From NCBI GenBank assembly GCA_032718475.1, contig JAUCBJ010001059.1:1-64000 (forward strand): a stretch of 64,000 nt of DNA, in the 5' to 3' direction. Below, piece by piece: positions 61,871 through 64,000 of the stretch. The notes under the pieces were generated by a model, which did no database searches, had not been told where the DNA came from, and saw only the letters and a program-made list of their open reading frames with translations. Position numbers and translations under genes: made by a program. The stretch is from Nemertoderma westbladi. Taxonomy: Eukaryota; Animalia; Xenacoelomorpha. Each line of letters opens with the position of its first letter. Position 1 is the first letter of the stretch.

Positions 61871-62049
61871 CTATTGTTATTAAATATAATAAAAATTATT
61901 GGTAATAAGTAATATCAGCACAAAAATACTGTAAAATATCAATAGAATATATTTGGGTAACGGGTCATAGCCAAATGCTAATGTAAACAAATATATTAAT
62001 AAGCTACAAAATTTAATACTTAATATTAAGGTTAGCAGCAAGTCTGATT

Positions 62050-64000
62050 GATGACGTCACTAACTTGCTTGTAACTGAGCTATAATGTTGGATGACGTCA
62101 CTAACTTGCTTGTAACTGAGCTATAATGTTGGATGACGTCACTAACTTGCTTGTAACTGAGCTATAATTTTGGATGACGTCACTAACTTGCTTGTAACTG
62201 AGCTAAAATGTTGGATGACGTCACTAACTTGCTTGTAACTGAGCTATAATGTTGGATGACGTCACTAACTTGCTTGTAACTGAGCTATAATGTTGGATGA
62301 CGTCACTAACTTGCTTGTAACTGAGCTATAATGTTGGATGACGTCACTAACTTGCTTGTAACTGAGCTATAATTTTGGATGACGTCACTAACTTGCTTGT
62401 AACTGAGCTAAAATGTTGGATGACGTCACTAACTTGCTTGTAACTGAGCTATAATGTTGGATGACGTCACTAACTTGCTTGTAACTGAGCTATAATGTTG
62501 GATGACGTCACTAACTTGTTTGTAACTGAGCTATAATGTTGGATGACGTCACTAACTTGCTTGTAACTGAGTTCTACTATTAGATGAAGTCAATAACTTG
62601 CTTGTAACTGAGATAAAATGTTGGATGACGTCACTAACTTGTTTGTAACTGAGCTATAATGTTGGATGACGTCACTAACTTGTTTGTAACTGAGCTCTAC
62701 TATTAGATGACGTCAATAACTTGCTTGTAACTGAGCTAATATGTTGGATGACGTCTCTAACTTGCTTGTAACTGAGCTAAAATGTTGGATGACGTCACTA
62801 ACTTGCTTGTAACTGAGCTATAATGTTGGATGACGTCACTAACTTGTTTGTAACTGAGCTATAATGTTTGATGACGTCACTAACTTGCTTGTAACTGAGC
62901 TATAATGTTGGATGACGTCACTAACTTGTTTGTAACTGAGCTATAATGGTGGATGACGTCACTAACTTGCTTGTAACTGAGCTATAATGTTGGATGACGT
63001 CACTAACTTGTTTGTAACTGAGCTATAATGTTGGATGACGTCACTAACTTGCTTGTAACTGAGCTCTACTATTAGATGACGTCAATAACTTGCTTGTAAC
63101 TGAGCTATAATGTTGGATGACGTCACTAACTTGTTTGTAACTGAGCTATAATGTTGGATGACGTCACTAACTTGCTTGTAACTGAGCTATAATGTTGGAT
63201 GACGTCACTAACTTGCTTGTAACTGAGCTATAATGTTGGATGACGTCACTAACTTGCTTGTAACTGAGATAAAATGTTGGATGACGTCACTAACTTGTTT
63301 GTAACTGAGCTATAATGTTGGATGACGTCACTAACTTGTTTGTAACTGAGCTCTACTATTAGATGACGTCAATAACTTGCTTGTAACTGAGCTAAAATGT
63401 TGGATGACGTCACTAACTTGCTTGTAACTGAGCTATAATGTTGGATGACGTCACTAACTTGTTTGTAACTGAGCTCTACTATTAGATGACGTCACTAACT
63501 TGTTTGTAACTGAGCTATAATGTTGGATGACGTCACTAACTTGCTTGTAACTGAGCTATAATGTTGGATGACGTCACTAACTTGTTTGTAACTGAGCTAT
63601 AATGTTGGATGACGTCACTAACTTGTTTGTAACTGAGCTATAATGTTGGATGACGTCACTAACTTGCTTGTAACTGAGCTATAATGTTGGATGACGTCAC
63701 TAACTTGCTTGTAACTGAGCTATAATGTTGGATGACGTCACTAACTTGCTTGTAACTGAGCTATAATGTTGGATGACGTCACTAACTTGTTTGTAACTGA
63801 GCTATAATGTTGGATGACCGTCACTAACTTGTTTGTAACTGAGCTATAATGTTGGATGACGTCACTAACTTGCTTGTAGCTGAGCTATAATGTTGGATGA
63901 CGTCACTAACTTCGTCAATAACTTGCTTGTAACTGAGCTAATATGTTGGATGACGTCACTAACTTGCTTGTAACTGAGCTAAAATGTTGGATGACGTCAC
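62050..64000. repeat. 41-bp satellite, >=47 units, continuing past the edge
   Basis: Unit gatgacgtcactaacttgcttgtaactgagctataatgttg, with some 40-bp variants. Confidence 0.98.

Overview
Eukaryotic (animal-like, AT-rich, GT-AG spliced) genomic DNA, not prokaryotic. Five host genes can be read by hand: dynamin-related protein 1 (DNM1L/Drp1, 12 exons, - strand, 9783-25147), intronless RUFY (RUN+FYVE), intronless WDR31, mitochondrial thioredoxin (TXN2, 3 exons, +) and the 3' part of a divergent NPAT/Mxc-like histone-locus-body scaffold gene (-, running off the right edge). The rest is repeats: two Ty3/Gypsy LTR retrotransposons (one partial with a single uninterrupted gag-pol frame that the ORF track misses, one complete with apparently identical 279-bp LTRs and a 5-bp TSD), several RTE- and CR1-type LINE remnants, nested non-autonomous DNA transposons and three large intronic satellites (45, 55 and 41 bp). 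The most striking observation is that the ~4-kb 45-bp array in Drp1 is an amplification of an exon end together with its 5' splice site. The only donor I found whose phase fits the next exon lies inside the repeat unit, so the first 16 units offer 16 identical in-frame donors, each adding 15 aa to the Drp1 variable domain. Family names come from my recollection of reference proteins; no database searches were run.
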